In this document: positions 51,535-60,921 of the stretch, piece after piece
Numbering within the stretch: the first letter of the stretch is position 1
How the letters are laid out: each line of letters starts with the position of its first letter
DNA from: a virus
Virus record (IMG/VR): IMGVR_UViG_3300045988_082153
Span: 2,240 to 66,239 of that record
Direction: 5' to 3' (one strand)
Length of the DNA stretch: 64,000 nucleotides
Notes under the pieces: generated by a model
What the model saw: only the letters and a program-made list of their open reading frames with translations
What the model was told of the DNA's origin: nothing
Database searches by the model: none
Made by a program: the position numbers and the translations under genes

Positions 51535-51542
51535 TAAATTTG
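51535..51542 (+). promoter_or_regulatory. candidate -7 box TAAATTTG for the lysis cassette
   Basis: Exact TAnnTTTG match 20 nt upstream of the ATG at 51562. Confidence 0.4.
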
Positions 51543-51561
51543 CCAAGAACATAAAATCATA

Positions 51562-51810
51562 ATGGCAATGAAAAAGATTATTACATGGTTAAAATCCAGC
51601 AACCGCGGCAGACATATCGTAGGCGGCGTTCTCATCGGCTTGGGAGCTGATGATACCTACTGTGCGCTGTATGCCGGAGCTGGTGTAGCTGGAGCCTTGG
51701 AACTTAAAGACAAGTTGTATGGCGGCAAATGGGATTGGGTTGACTTCGGTTGTACGATGGCCGGAGTAGTTGTAGGACGCTTGATAAGAGTAACACTGAC
51801 AGGGAAATGA
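51562..51810 (+). CDS. small membrane protein (holin candidate)
   Basis: Gly/Ala-rich hydrophobic segments (HIVGGVLIGLGADDTYCALYAGAGVAGAL; GCTMAGVVVG). First gene of the lysis cluster. Confidence 0.55.
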   Translation: MAMKKIITWLKSSNRGRHIVGGVLIGLGADDTYCALYAGAGVAGALELKDKLYGGKWDWVDFGCTMAGVVVGRLIRVTLTGK

Positions 51811-52412
51811 ACGATGTAAGTCAAATTACGCAGGTGGCTAAAGGTATTAGCGACTATGGCATGATGGCAATAACTGCAGCCTTTTTCCTTCTCCTTTCCG
51901 CAGCTATGATGGTGGCCCTCTTCCGTTGGTTCAAGAGCATCATCGAACAGATGATGCAAGACCAGAAGGACAGTATGCACAACCTTGCCGAAGAGACACG
52001 TAAGCAGAACGACATGCTGCAAGACATATCAGAGGGGCTTCGCCCGGAGACATTGTTACGCATCCGCAACCTTACAGGTTTTGCTTTCGACCTCAGCATT
52101 GAGCAGGTGTGCAGGCTTATCAAGCGTGTAAGAGAAGAGAACCACATCATAGACCACGAAGCGACAGCAGCGAAGATACGCAAGTCGTTGCTCGTTATAC
52201 ACAACGACCGCAACTCGCGCTTCGACTCTTTCACATATCGAGGTAAATCCATTTCAGAGTTTTGCAGTTCGGCATGGGTGGAGGACGTGGCGAAGATTGT
52301 TGAAGGTGAGATTTATAATGAAGATGGCGCAAACAATGCTCGTGCTTATACTAACATTAAACTTGCGTATGATAATATCAAGACAGACTTTTACCAAAGG
52401 TTGAACGCATAA
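51807..52412 (+). CDS. single-pass membrane protein of the lysis cluster
   Basis: ATGA overlap with the upstream stop. One TM segment, MMAITAAFFLLLSAAMMVALF. Confidence 0.6.
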   Translation: MNDVSQITQVAKGISDYGMMAITAAFFLLLSAAMMVALFRWFKSIIEQMMQDQKDSMHNLAEETRKQNDMLQDISEGLRPETLLRIRNLTGFAFDLSIEQVCRLIKRVREENHIIDHEATAAKIRKSLLVIHNDRNSRFDSFTYRGKSISEFCSSAWVEDVAKIVEGEIYNEDGANNARAYTNIKLAYDNIKTDFYQRLNA

Positions 52413-52473
52413 ATACAACTTTTGCGTAAAATTATATACAGATTTCTACAACTTTCTAAGCAAATTATATATT

Positions 52474-53070
52474 ATGATTAAAATTCTAATCGACAATGGG
52501 CATGGAGTGAACACTAAAGGCAAGCAATCGCCTGATGGTCGTTTGCGTGAATATGCCTATGCAAGAGAGATTGCAACCCGAGTTATGACCGAGCTTCGCG
52601 GCATGGGCTACAATGCAGAGCGTGTTGTGGAAGAGGAGCAGGACGTTGCACTGTCTGTACGCTGCAAGCGTGTGAACGACATCTGCAAGAAAGTAGGCAC
52701 CAAGAACGTACTGCTTGTCTCGATCCACAACAATGCAGCAGGAGGCGACGGCAAATGGCATGAGGCGCGAGGCTTTTCTGCCCATGTAGGCATGAACGCA
52801 TCCGCAAAGAGCAAGGCTTTGGCGCAGTATCTTTGGAACGAAGCAATACTTCAAGGACTGAAAGGCAACCGTTGTGTGCCCTATGCCAAGTACATCGCCC
52901 AGAACCTTGCTATCTGTAGAGACACGAACTGCCCTGCAGTGTTGACGGAGAACCTTTTCCAAGACAACAAAGAAGACGTTGACCTGCTGTTGAGTGAGGA
53001 AGGCAAGGAGAAGGTGACAGCCGTGCATGTGAACGCTATTGTTGAATTTATCAAAGACTATTATGGATAA
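52474..53070 (+). CDS. N-acetylmuramoyl-L-alanine amidase (endolysin)
   Basis: ILIDNGHGVNTKGKQSPDG .. LLVSIHNNAAGG .. AVLTENLFQDN is an Amidase_3-like pattern. Confidence 0.8.
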   Translation: MIKILIDNGHGVNTKGKQSPDGRLREYAYAREIATRVMTELRGMGYNAERVVEEEQDVALSVRCKRVNDICKKVGTKNVLLVSIHNNAAGGDGKWHEARGFSAHVGMNASAKSKALAQYLWNEAILQGLKGNRCVPYAKYIAQNLAICRDTNCPAVLTENLFQDNKEDVDLLLSEEGKEKVTAVHVNAIVEFIKDYYG

Positions 53071-53608
53071 GAAGATTTTAGGCTTTTTGTGGGCAATGTT
53101 AGGTGTGGTTGTTGGCATCGTCTGTCTGGTTGGCATCGTGCATTGCGGAGGCTACGGCAAAGATCATGAACCTGCAGAAGTGGTGCGTGACACTGTGATT
53201 GACACCATACCTTACTATAAGCCAGTACCCAAGGACAGTTTGGTGTTGACGTACAAGACCGTGACCCTTCCCAAGAGTGACAAGGCGCAGCCATCTATCC
53301 GTGCGGACACACAACCGGCAGAAAGCTGTACACAAAACGATGCGGCAGATGTGCGTGACAGTGCGGAGGTTACTATCCCCATCATCCAAAAGATGTATAA
53401 AAGCAGTGACTATACGGCATGGGTGAGCGGATATGACGTGCAGCTTGACAGCATCTATGTATATCCCAAGCATGAGTATGTAACGCGCAAGATTAAGCAG
53501 CCTCCTAAGAAATGGCATATCGGTGTGACGGCAGGTTACGGCTTCGGCAAACAAGGTATGCAGCCATATATAGGCATCGGACTAACGTATTCACTAATCT
53601 CATTCTGA
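53063..53608 (+). CDS. membrane-anchored protein after the endolysin (spanin-like position)
   Basis: ATG at 53063 overlaps the amidase end. N-terminal TM segment ILGFLWAMLGVVVGIVCLVGIV; C-terminal GVTAGYGFGKQGMQPYIGIGLTY. Confidence 0.55.
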   Translation: MDKKILGFLWAMLGVVVGIVCLVGIVHCGGYGKDHEPAEVVRDTVIDTIPYYKPVPKDSLVLTYKTVTLPKSDKAQPSIRADTQPAESCTQNDAADVRDSAEVTIPIIQKMYKSSDYTAWVSGYDVQLDSIYVYPKHEYVTRKIKQPPKKWHIGVTAGYGFGKQGMQPYIGIGLTYSLISF

Positions 53609-53609
53609 C

Positions 53610-54152
53610 ATGGAGACAATCACCGTACAGATATTCAAGGACGACGTGTATGAAGAGGTGGCAAAGGCTACCGACTACACAGGCGCGAAGCTGATAGACG
53701 GCGACGATGGAGCGCGAGACCGCATCCTCGCCACGGACAGCGACCTTTCAGACCTCGGCAGGTTTTGGGAGGAGTCGATGCTTGCCACCAATGAGAGGCT
53801 GAAAGAGATGATCGTGAGTGGAGCTACGAAGCAGATACTTGTAACGATAACTCCTATTCCACCCATACAACAACCTAAAGATGTGGAGGCACAGAGCATC
53901 GTTGTTCCGTCACTTGCGACGAGGACAGGCTACGAAGCTGTGCTGGAGGTGAGCAAGTCGTTTGACAAAGGGATGAAGGACAATGTACAGTCGGCCCTTC
54001 GCAACTTCTTCATTGCCTCAATCATCGCCCAGTGGTTCAAGCTGGCCAACAAGGGCGAAGCCGCTGACTACTTCAATCAAGCCGGAGAAATGATGGACGG
54101 TGCGGAGCGTTTGCTATACAGCCGCAAGAGACCGACCCGTCCGAGTGACTAA
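53610..54152 (+). CDS. paralog 1 of a tandem three-member family (about 175 aa)
   Basis: Shared C-terminal pattern ..ALRNFFIASIIAQWFKLANKGEAADYF..YSRKRPTRPSD. Confidence 0.65.
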   Translation: METITVQIFKDDVYEEVAKATDYTGAKLIDGDDGARDRILATDSDLSDLGRFWEESMLATNERLKEMIVSGATKQILVTITPIPPIQQPKDVEAQSIVVPSLATRTGYEAVLEVSKSFDKGMKDNVQSALRNFFIASIIAQWFKLANKGEAADYFNQAGEMMDGAERLLYSRKRPTRPSD

Positions 54153-54171
54153 CAAATAATATTTTATTGAC

Positions 54172-54687
54172 ATGGAAGGACAAGAAAAGACATTAGGTGC
54201 CAAGAAGAGCGTGACGGCAACCATCAAAATTTCGTGGCTTCTCTTCGACATCATGAACGAGACCTTCTTGCGTGGCCGTACTATCCAGAACAAGGACAAC
54301 CACAAGGAGGTGGCGAGCATGTTTGCCTCTGAGGACGAAGAAAACCGCGAGAAGATACTTCGCTCTATCAAGAAAGGCTTTGCCGAGGTGAAGACAGAAC
54401 TGTCGGACTACCTCAACGAGGACGGCACAACCACAGACAACAGCCACTATGACGGCAGCACAGACCTGACGCTTAACCTCACAATGCCGAGCAACTTCAA
54501 CGAGGCTGCAACCACCGGTGTAGGCGAGGCTATCCACGACTACCTGAAGAACTCTGCCATCGCCGAGTGGTACATGGTGACAAACAAGGCAGACGCTGAA
54601 CAGTACATCGCCCTTGCACAGAGAAGTTTGCTGAGCATCCAACAGGCAGTGAGCAAGCGTAGCCGCCCGAAGCGTCCAACAGACTAA
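54172..54687 (+). CDS. paralog 2 of the tandem family
   Basis: ..AIHDYLKNSAIAEWYMVTNKADAEQYI..SKRSRPKRPTD. Confidence 0.65.
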   Translation: MEGQEKTLGAKKSVTATIKISWLLFDIMNETFLRGRTIQNKDNHKEVASMFASEDEENREKILRSIKKGFAEVKTELSDYLNEDGTTTDNSHYDGSTDLTLNLTMPSNFNEAATTGVGEAIHDYLKNSAIAEWYMVTNKADAEQYIALAQRSLLSIQQAVSKRSRPKRPTD

Positions 54688-54699
54688 GGAGGAACGCTT

Positions 54700-55227
54700 A
54701 TGAGCTGCTGCATAGAGAATGAGGGAGCGAAGCTAAAGGTAAAGCTTACCTTCGAGCGAGAACAGCTGCTCTATGACATCAAGAACAATGCCTATGTGGA
54801 GAGCCATGTAATGGCCCCGGAAACCGAGCACGCCAAGCACATGGTGGCTGACGTTGGCGAGGAGGGCAATGTGGACCGGGTGACAAGAGTGCTGGATTTG
54901 GGTATCTCCATGTGCCGGGAAATACTTTACCCTTGGTCAAAGAAGGAAATCGTCAAACTCTGTCTTGACGACAAGCTAAAGGAGAGGGAGCAATATCATA
55001 TAAACATGAGTGTGCCCAACACTATTTCGCAAACCACGCTGACCTATGTGGAAAGGCTGATACATGAATACCTTGTGTGCCGAGGCGTGGCCGACTGGCT
55101 AAGCATAACTAATCCGTCGAAGTCGGAGACGTGGCTTGCCAAGGCTGCTGAGGCAGAGCAAGAAATACGCACCTCCATCCATTCAAGAATGGAGAGGAAG
55201 CGTATCAGGCAACATTGGTTAGGATAA
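54700..55227 (+). CDS. paralog 3 of the tandem family (more divergent)
   Basis: ..LIHEYLVCRGVADWLSITNPSKSETWL..SRMERKRIRQ. An AAGGAGG lies 7 nt upstream of the ATG. Confidence 0.6.
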   Translation: MSCCIENEGAKLKVKLTFEREQLLYDIKNNAYVESHVMAPETEHAKHMVADVGEEGNVDRVTRVLDLGISMCREILYPWSKKEIVKLCLDDKLKEREQYHINMSVPNTISQTTLTYVERLIHEYLVCRGVADWLSITNPSKSETWLAKAAEAEQEIRTSIHSRMERKRIRQHWLG

Positions 55228-55231
55228 TAAA

Positions 55232-55270
55232 GACAAGAGCCGAGGTGCATCACGCATCCCGGCTCTTGTC
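55232..55270. terminator. hairpin at the convergent gene junction (bidirectional terminator candidate)
   Basis: GACAAGAGCCG / CGGCTCTTGTC is a perfect 11-bp stem with a 17-nt loop, lying between the + block end (55227) and the - block end (55327). Confidence 0.55.
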
Positions 55271-55326
55271 ATAGTTACCTAAAACAATCTAACCTTAATA
55301 AATAACTAAACCTAATAATATCTTCT

Positions 55327-58197
55327 TTATCTCGGCTTGTTGGTTTGTCGAGGTGTGAACTCGACTGACGCGCCGTAGATGTTTTCATCTGGTGAGAGTG
55401 TGGCTACACCGGCAATTCGGAAATACTTGTAAGGAGAGCCACGGAAGCCCTGTAGGTAATGGTCTTTACTTGACCATACAAGGTGCCAGTTCTGCAAGTC
55501 GCGCGAACCGTAGAGGGCCGTGGATACGTTCCCTTTGCGGAACAGTCCACGCTGTATGACACTGGCGACAGTCTTCAATACGTTTGCCGCTTCAAGCTTG
55601 AGAGGGCGTGTGACGTACAGGCATTTGACGGTATCCGTTATTGGGACAGAGAAGTTGAGTACAGCATTTTTTGTGTCCATGGCCAGTGCATCCGGATATG
55701 AATTGAGGTGTGAGACGATGTTAGAGAACATCATTCCCCATTGATTTGTCTTCAGCGAGAACACATAGGCGTATGTGATACCGGGCGCATAGACAATGAC
55801 GCGCTGATGAACATAGTCGTATAGCATCCGGCACTGCTTCAAAAACTTGGTGAACGATAGCGTAGGCAAGCACTTGTCTGTTGCAGGTTCATGTCCGAGC
55901 ATAGTGTGCAGCTTGTCGAACCCGGGAAGCCGGAGCGCATCGAACGGATATTCGGAGTTGATGGCTTCGGATATGCACTGTGTCTGCGAGCCGCTGATCA
56001 GCATTATGCCGCGGTCGGTTGGGAAGAGAACAGCGGAGTCGAGCTGTGTGATGCCGTCGGGATTGATGCACACGTCGCGCGTGATGGGCTGCTTGGCAGA
56101 ATAGGTGCCAGTAGACGAAACCTCTAACGCCCATACACCCTCAGAGGTGAAGGCATAGAGAGGAAACTGACCGAACTGTCCTTCAGAAAGAGCCTTTGCT
56201 GCAGAACAGATGCCCTTAATCTCTCCCGTGCCAACGGTGTTGATACCAAGTACCGGGAAGTAGAAGGGGTTGTTGACTTCGGAGGTGTAGATTTTGTTGG
56301 GTATGTCTATTTTGCCCTCGTAATCCGTTATTGTCGGTACATTGTTGACATTGTAATTATTCCAGCGAATACTCTCATAGTCAATCATGGCATACGCCCC
56401 ATTCAGAAAATCATGTGGACGCAGGTCTATAATCATGGAACCACCGCCAAAGCCAGCTGTAGATGTATCGTATCCAAATCTGCTGTTTATCACCATTTTC
56501 ACAGCATTGGGGTTCGGGTAGAACAAATAACAAGCACATGACGTTTTTGTCTTTTCTGTGTAAAGAACTTCATTCGTGTTGGGGTCTTTATGCTCTCGTA
56601 CTTTTGACATCCAACACGCATAATTTCCTTCTGTCCGTACCATATATGTTTTGCCACCTTCTTTTATATAGACACTTATATTCAGAGTATCGTCAAACCA
56701 AGAAAGACCGTAAGAAAGTGTTTTGCCGTCTTGCTTATACGTATCCAATGTTTTGTCACAATAGGCGAACATTCCGTAAGGTGTGAACCCGGCATAAGGC
56801 TCACGTTTTATGCCCGAAAGATTGAGCCTTGAATTATATACTTGCGAGAAAGATGCCACAAGACGGTCGTGTGTCAGATAATCATCTGTCATTGCCTCAC
56901 GAGTAACTAAAGACTGGAGGTATTCATTTTCAATAGGAATTTCTGTGCGTGCCGTAGCCTTAGCATCATCCAATGTAATAGAGTGCAACTTGTAGAAAGA
57001 AGAACAATCCTTCAAATTTTCATAGTTCTTGTTGTCCGTAAACTCTGGCAGATGAAAAGACTCCGCAGGATTACTCCTGTCTGGTGAAAAATATAGTTTG
57101 TATATTTCTTTGTAGTCCCATTCGAGGTAATGGTCTAAGAATGTGTTGTCACCGCTAATTGGGGCAAGAACTTTATCTTCAGACACAGAAGAAGCAAAAG
57201 TTGCAGTACTGCCAAGTGTATAGCCGTCATGGTATAATCTCCCGATAAACTTGCTACTCAAATTATCGGTATCAGCCAAGTAGGAAATCTTTCCGTCTTG
57301 GTCATAGGTGTAAATCGGTTTAGAAATAAAGACATCAATGGAGGTTATAATATCTTTCCATTTGTCCAAATCATAATAATCATCAACTCGCAATACTTTG
57401 TAATCCAAGGAACAAGCCATCATCATTATATCACAATTGGCATTAGTAAATCCACCATCGCCATAAGCATTTGTCCACAGAACGATAGGTGCAGGCGTTG
57501 TAGCTGGGTTCATGAGAACAGGCGCAGAATGACAAACCAAAGAGCCATCGAACAAGCGCAGCGCATAACGAACAAAGAAAGGGAAACAGAAGCGTCCATT
57601 ATCAATAGTCTGTTCGCGAATGAACTTGTTGAGCTTGGCCATCACTTGCTCAGTTATTCTTGTCTTGTTGTTATCGGAGAATTCGTTGCGTAAATTTCCC
57701 TTGGAGATCTTGTCAAAAGAAATAGTGAAAGTAGATTTACTGCTGTCAGAAAGACTAAACAAACGAGGATGACCAATAAGGCCGAATGAAACCTGTATGT
57801 CTGGTAGGTGATTTCCAAGACTTGTGTATTTGTCGCTCTCCCATAGCAAGTACAATATCTGCTCGTTACTGAAAGCGAGTAATGTATTACCTACGGCATT
57901 GCAATGAGTAAGGCCATAGAATGAACATATACGAGTCGTTGTATTTCCGTCTTTGTTTCGCCAAGATAACTCATTTTTTCCTGTATTGTATATGATGTAA
58001 TGCGTGAACGAGGAAGTCTTGTGTATAAACTTGACGACCTCACCATCTTGAAGCTGCATAACATCTGATGGCGCGAGGATTGGCTTCAAGGCACCGTCTT
58101 CTGGCAGCAGGTTGATGGACACAGCAAGAGAACCGTCGGAACATTCATAGTCGGACGGCACAGCGGAGAAGCCACTATATTTTATTTCTTGGTTCAT
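55327..58197 (-). CDS. large hypothetical protein (956 aa), virion/tail structural candidate
   Basis: Long uninterrupted ORF with beta-rich, N/S/T/Y-rich composition and no enzymatic motif recognised. 4-nt overlap with the upstream gene. Confidence 0.75.
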   Translation of the reverse strand: MNQEIKYSGFSAVPSDYECSDGSLAVSINLLPEDGALKPILAPSDVMQLQDGEVVKFIHKTSSFTHYIIYNTGKNELSWRNKDGNTTTRICSFYGLTHCNAVGNTLLAFSNEQILYLLWESDKYTSLGNHLPDIQVSFGLIGHPRLFSLSDSSKSTFTISFDKISKGNLRNEFSDNNKTRITEQVMAKLNKFIREQTIDNGRFCFPFFVRYALRLFDGSLVCHSAPVLMNPATTPAPIVLWTNAYGDGGFTNANCDIMMMACSLDYKVLRVDDYYDLDKWKDIITSIDVFISKPIYTYDQDGKISYLADTDNLSSKFIGRLYHDGYTLGSTATFASSVSEDKVLAPISGDNTFLDHYLEWDYKEIYKLYFSPDRSNPAESFHLPEFTDNKNYENLKDCSSFYKLHSITLDDAKATARTEIPIENEYLQSLVTREAMTDDYLTHDRLVASFSQVYNSRLNLSGIKREPYAGFTPYGMFAYCDKTLDTYKQDGKTLSYGLSWFDDTLNISVYIKEGGKTYMVRTEGNYACWMSKVREHKDPNTNEVLYTEKTKTSCACYLFYPNPNAVKMVINSRFGYDTSTAGFGGGSMIIDLRPHDFLNGAYAMIDYESIRWNNYNVNNVPTITDYEGKIDIPNKIYTSEVNNPFYFPVLGINTVGTGEIKGICSAAKALSEGQFGQFPLYAFTSEGVWALEVSSTGTYSAKQPITRDVCINPDGITQLDSAVLFPTDRGIMLISGSQTQCISEAINSEYPFDALRLPGFDKLHTMLGHEPATDKCLPTLSFTKFLKQCRMLYDYVHQRVIVYAPGITYAYVFSLKTNQWGMMFSNIVSHLNSYPDALAMDTKNAVLNFSVPITDTVKCLYVTRPLKLEAANVLKTVASVIQRGLFRKGNVSTALYGSRDLQNWHLVWSSKDHYLQGFRGSPYKYFRIAGVATLSPDENIYGASVEFTPRQTNKPR

Positions 58198-58562
58198 AAC
58201 GGATGCTTAAATATTATTGGTAAAACTGTTTCGCCGTCGCGTTTCTCTGCTTGGCCTATCATGAATGAGGCACGCTGCTCTTTTATGCCGCAGTTGTCGA
58301 GCATGAGTCGTGCGAGGAGGACGGAAGATGCACAGTAGTTCTTGGAACCTTTCTTTGTCGGGTGACACTGTGCGACATGCCGTCCTATCGCATTTTGGTG
58401 CCGGACAGCAAGCAGGTAGCACTCGCCAAGGTGGAAGGCTACGTTGATACTGTCGCCCGGCTGGAGCGAGAGTAACCACACGACTCTTGCCGTAATGGAA
58501 ATGCGGCCATTACGGGAAAATGTTATGTCGGGGCGGCGTGTTCGTTCCAAGAGTTTAATCAT
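58194..58562 (-). CDS. AbrB/SpoVT-like fold candidate, partner of the 956-aa protein
   Basis: ITFSRNGRISITARVVWLLSLQPGDSINV resembles the AbrB looped-hinge DNA-binding motif. Confidence 0.5.
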   Translation of the reverse strand: MIKLLERTRRPDITFSRNGRISITARVVWLLSLQPGDSINVAFHLGECYLLAVRHQNAIGRHVAQCHPTKKGSKNYCASSVLLARLMLDNCGIKEQRASFMIGQAEKRDGETVLPIIFKHPL

Positions 58563-58566
58563 AATG

Positions 58567-58574
58567 CAAAGATA
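58567..58574 (-). promoter_or_regulatory. -7 box TATCTTTG placed 4 nt before the ATG at 58562 (leaderless-type promoter)
   Basis: The reverse complement of 58563-58574 reads TATCTTTGCATT, followed directly by ATG. Confidence 0.4.
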
Positions 58575-58804
58575 TAGGGTTGTTGATGAAAGATGGTTTT
58601 AAGTTTAGAGGGACGTTCAATCCATCATGTGATGATGAATTGAACGTAGAAGTGAAACTCCCGGCACAACCTTGGTATTTGTGGGTAGTGCTTTGGATCC
58701 TCATTGTAGGGGAGGTATATGCACCGTTCCTTGGTGTTGCAGTGAATACCTCTCCTACGTAGCTTGTAGAGCATGTTAGCCCTGCGTTTGGGATGGCGCA
58801 TGAA

Positions 58805-59245
58805 TTACACGCTAATGCCTAACCCAAGTAAAGGCAACATCATTTCAAATTGTCTTCCCTCATCGCCCTGCTTGTAGAACTCAGGAGAAATGATGGCGAA
58901 CCCTTTCTTTTTCAAGTTCTCTATTTTGGCTGCAACCTCCTCCAACATCTTGTCGTCAGCTCCACCAAGAGTTAGCAGAGATATAGCCTTGTTGATACTT
59001 CCATGAGTTAAAGGGAAACACACCATTGCGACTTGTCCCTCATCAAACACGTTGTAGGAATTCTCGAACACCTGCTTAGGCGACCAAGAGTCGTAGGTGC
59101 TGCCGTCTGGGTTGTTGTACTGTACGTGATAACCTTCACGCCATTCGTGGTTGTCCTCGTTCTTGCGAGCGTAACCTTTCTCTACTGCGGCCAATTCGTT
59201 CATAGGTTCGGCCTTAACCTGTTTTGTTCCGATGTAAGTTTTCAT
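58805..59245 (-). CDS. hypothetical phage protein
   Basis: The N-terminus MKTYIGTKQVKAEPM..EGYHVQYNNPDGSTYDSWSPKQVFENSY is a recurrent phage family pattern. Confidence 0.65.
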   Translation of the reverse strand: MKTYIGTKQVKAEPMNELAAVEKGYARKNEDNHEWREGYHVQYNNPDGSTYDSWSPKQVFENSYNVFDEGQVAMVCFPLTHGSINKAISLLTLGGADDKMLEEVAAKIENLKKKGFAIISPEFYKQGDEGRQFEMMLPLLGLGISV

Positions 59246-59315
59246 TGTTTTATTGTTTTATGTTTACCATGACGTTTCAAACACACTCCACATTTGATGA
59301 AAGTGTTTTTGTTGA

Positions 59316-59609
59316 TCATCTTCTTGCCTTTCTTTTGCGTTTAGGGTTACGGATTGGGTACAGCCTGCCGAATTCATCGTGCCACGCATCGTAGCCGTGT
59401 CCGTGTTCGACGCGCCCTCCGGGATAGGAGCGTGAGTAGATGAGGACACGTCCCCACTTGTCCATGACGTAGCAGGTGCTGTAGTTCTTGCCTCTTATTG
59501 ACAGGCTCCAGTGTTCGCGGATGCGAAGGTAGAGGTACATGGCCTTGTTGGTAAGGCGTTGAGGCATTACCTTGTAGTTGTCGATTTTTCGTGCAATTCT
59601 TCTTTTCAT
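59316..59609 (-). CDS. small basic protein, member of the M-x-R-(Q/I)-ARKI family
   Basis: MKRRIARKIDNYK.. with C-terminal NPKRKRKARR. Confidence 0.55.
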   Translation of the reverse strand: MKRRIARKIDNYKVMPQRLTNKAMYLYLRIREHWSLSIRGKNYSTCYVMDKWGRVLIYSRSYPGGRVEHGHGYDAWHDEFGRLYPIRNPKRKRKARR

Positions 59610-59824
59610 ACGAATTTGTTTCTTGAAAGTTTTTCTTTATAATAGAATGGCTTAATCTTGCCGTCCGCTACGCCATTCCAATAGTAGCGGAGAGCCTTTT
59701 TAATTTGCGGTTGGCGGTATGTTGCACACCACTGGAGAGCACGGTCGAACCATGCGCTGCTCATGCGGTCGATTGGGGTGTACTTTACCATGCGGACTAT
59801 TTTCCGGGCTTGTCGTGAGCGCAT
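59606..59824 (-). CDS. small protein, member of the M-x-R-Q-ARKI family
   Basis: MRSRQARKIVRMVK..; 4-nt overlap with the downstream gene. Confidence 0.55.
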   Translation of the reverse strand: MRSRQARKIVRMVKYTPIDRMSSAWFDRALQWCATYRQPQIKKALRYYWNGVADGKIKPFYYKEKLSRNKFV

Positions 59825-60042
59825 CCTTTCTCCTCCTTTTTGTCGGAATAATCGACCTTTAATACAAATTTTCTGCCAATATATTCTTTTCTACCCCGAA
59901 GATCTTTGAGTGTCAGACCTTTTGGAACTTTAATATGCTTACACATATATAGTGACACTCTAAGGTTTTTGACATCGACATTTTTTGAACGATGGTCTGT
60001 AATTTCGATGCAGCGCATTGTCAGCTTATAAACTTTATTCAT
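59797..60042 (-). CDS. hypothetical small basic protein
   Basis: 81-aa ORF in the minus-strand chain. Confidence 0.5.
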   Translation of the reverse strand: MNKVYKLTMRCIEITDHRSKNVDVKNLRVSLYMCKHIKVPKGLTLKDLRGRKEYIGRKFVLKVDYSDKKEEKGCAHDKPGK

Positions 60043-60085
60043 TGCTTATGACCACTAATTTATAACCATATTTTAGAGTTGTATC

Positions 60086-60697
60086 TTATTTTACAAGATA
60101 AAAATTGTAAACGAAAACCCAAGGGTTGCTCTCCCATGTGCCCTTGCCGCTGATTTTGTCTATCAGGGCAGCGTAGGCTTCTTTCGCTGTTCTGAACGAG
60201 GAGTTGGCAAGACCGTGATACCAATACGTCGTGCCTTCAAGCCCTACGTTGTCGTCACGCCAAATGCCTTCTTTTAGGCAATCTTCTTCGCTGATGTCTT
60301 GCAGACGTTCTACGCGGATGTTGGTAATGCGAATATGATGGGGCATAAGGTCTGCACGGACAAACATCTTGTTGTTGCACCCTCTCTCGTATTTGATGCA
60401 CTCCAAAGGCATTCCGTTTTTGCCACAAAGACGGTAAAATTCATCGTTCTTTATCAAATCTTCGTATTTCTGGGCGATGGCTATGGTTTCGCCTATTTTA
60501 TAGTGGGCGGTTTTAAACCTGTTGTTGCAAAGCGTAAGCAGAGCCTGCCCATTGTCGAGCTTTTTGAGTTGAAAATCTTCACCATCAAACACAACAAACC
60601 CGTTTTGCGTATAGACTATTCTTCTTGTCTGCGTCTTTCGACCGTCAAGTACGGCTTGTGTTAAGCCGCACTCGTCGTTGAACATTATCTTTTTCAT
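60086..60697 (-). CDS. ASCH-domain-like protein
   Basis: The N-terminus MKKIMFNDECGLTQAVLDGRKTQTRRIV is typical of ASCH/PUA-like domains. Confidence 0.6.
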   Translation of the reverse strand: MKKIMFNDECGLTQAVLDGRKTQTRRIVYTQNGFVVFDGEDFQLKKLDNGQALLTLCNNRFKTAHYKIGETIAIAQKYEDLIKNDEFYRLCGKNGMPLECIKYERGCNNKMFVRADLMPHHIRITNIRVERLQDISEEDCLKEGIWRDDNVGLEGTTYWYHGLANSSFRTAKEAYAALIDKISGKGTWESNPWVFVYNFYLVK

Positions 60698-60730
60698 AAA
60701 AATATTATTAATAAGTTTGAGTATTTAAAT

Positions 60731-60919
60731 CTATCGTCCGAGCGGCTCTGGAGGTATCGCACGACTAAATTTGCGTACGATACGCTCGGCACGGCGTATG
60801 CGTTCGTCAATGAGTGTTAGTAGAAGCACGTTAGAAGGACGCACGTCATATCTATTCCAATAGTTAGCCGTTCTACGCCCTGATCTCTTGATGATTTTTC
60901 TCGCTTGCCGAAGTTTCAT
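60731..60919 (-). CDS. small protein, member of the M-x-R-Q-ARKI family
   Basis: ATG at 60919 (MKLRQARKIIKRSGRR..), 2 nt after the upstream stop. Confidence 0.5.
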   Translation of the reverse strand: MKLRQARKIIKRSGRRTANYWNRYDVRPSNVLLLTLIDERIRRAERIVRKFSRAIPPEPLGR

Positions 60920-60921
60920 AT

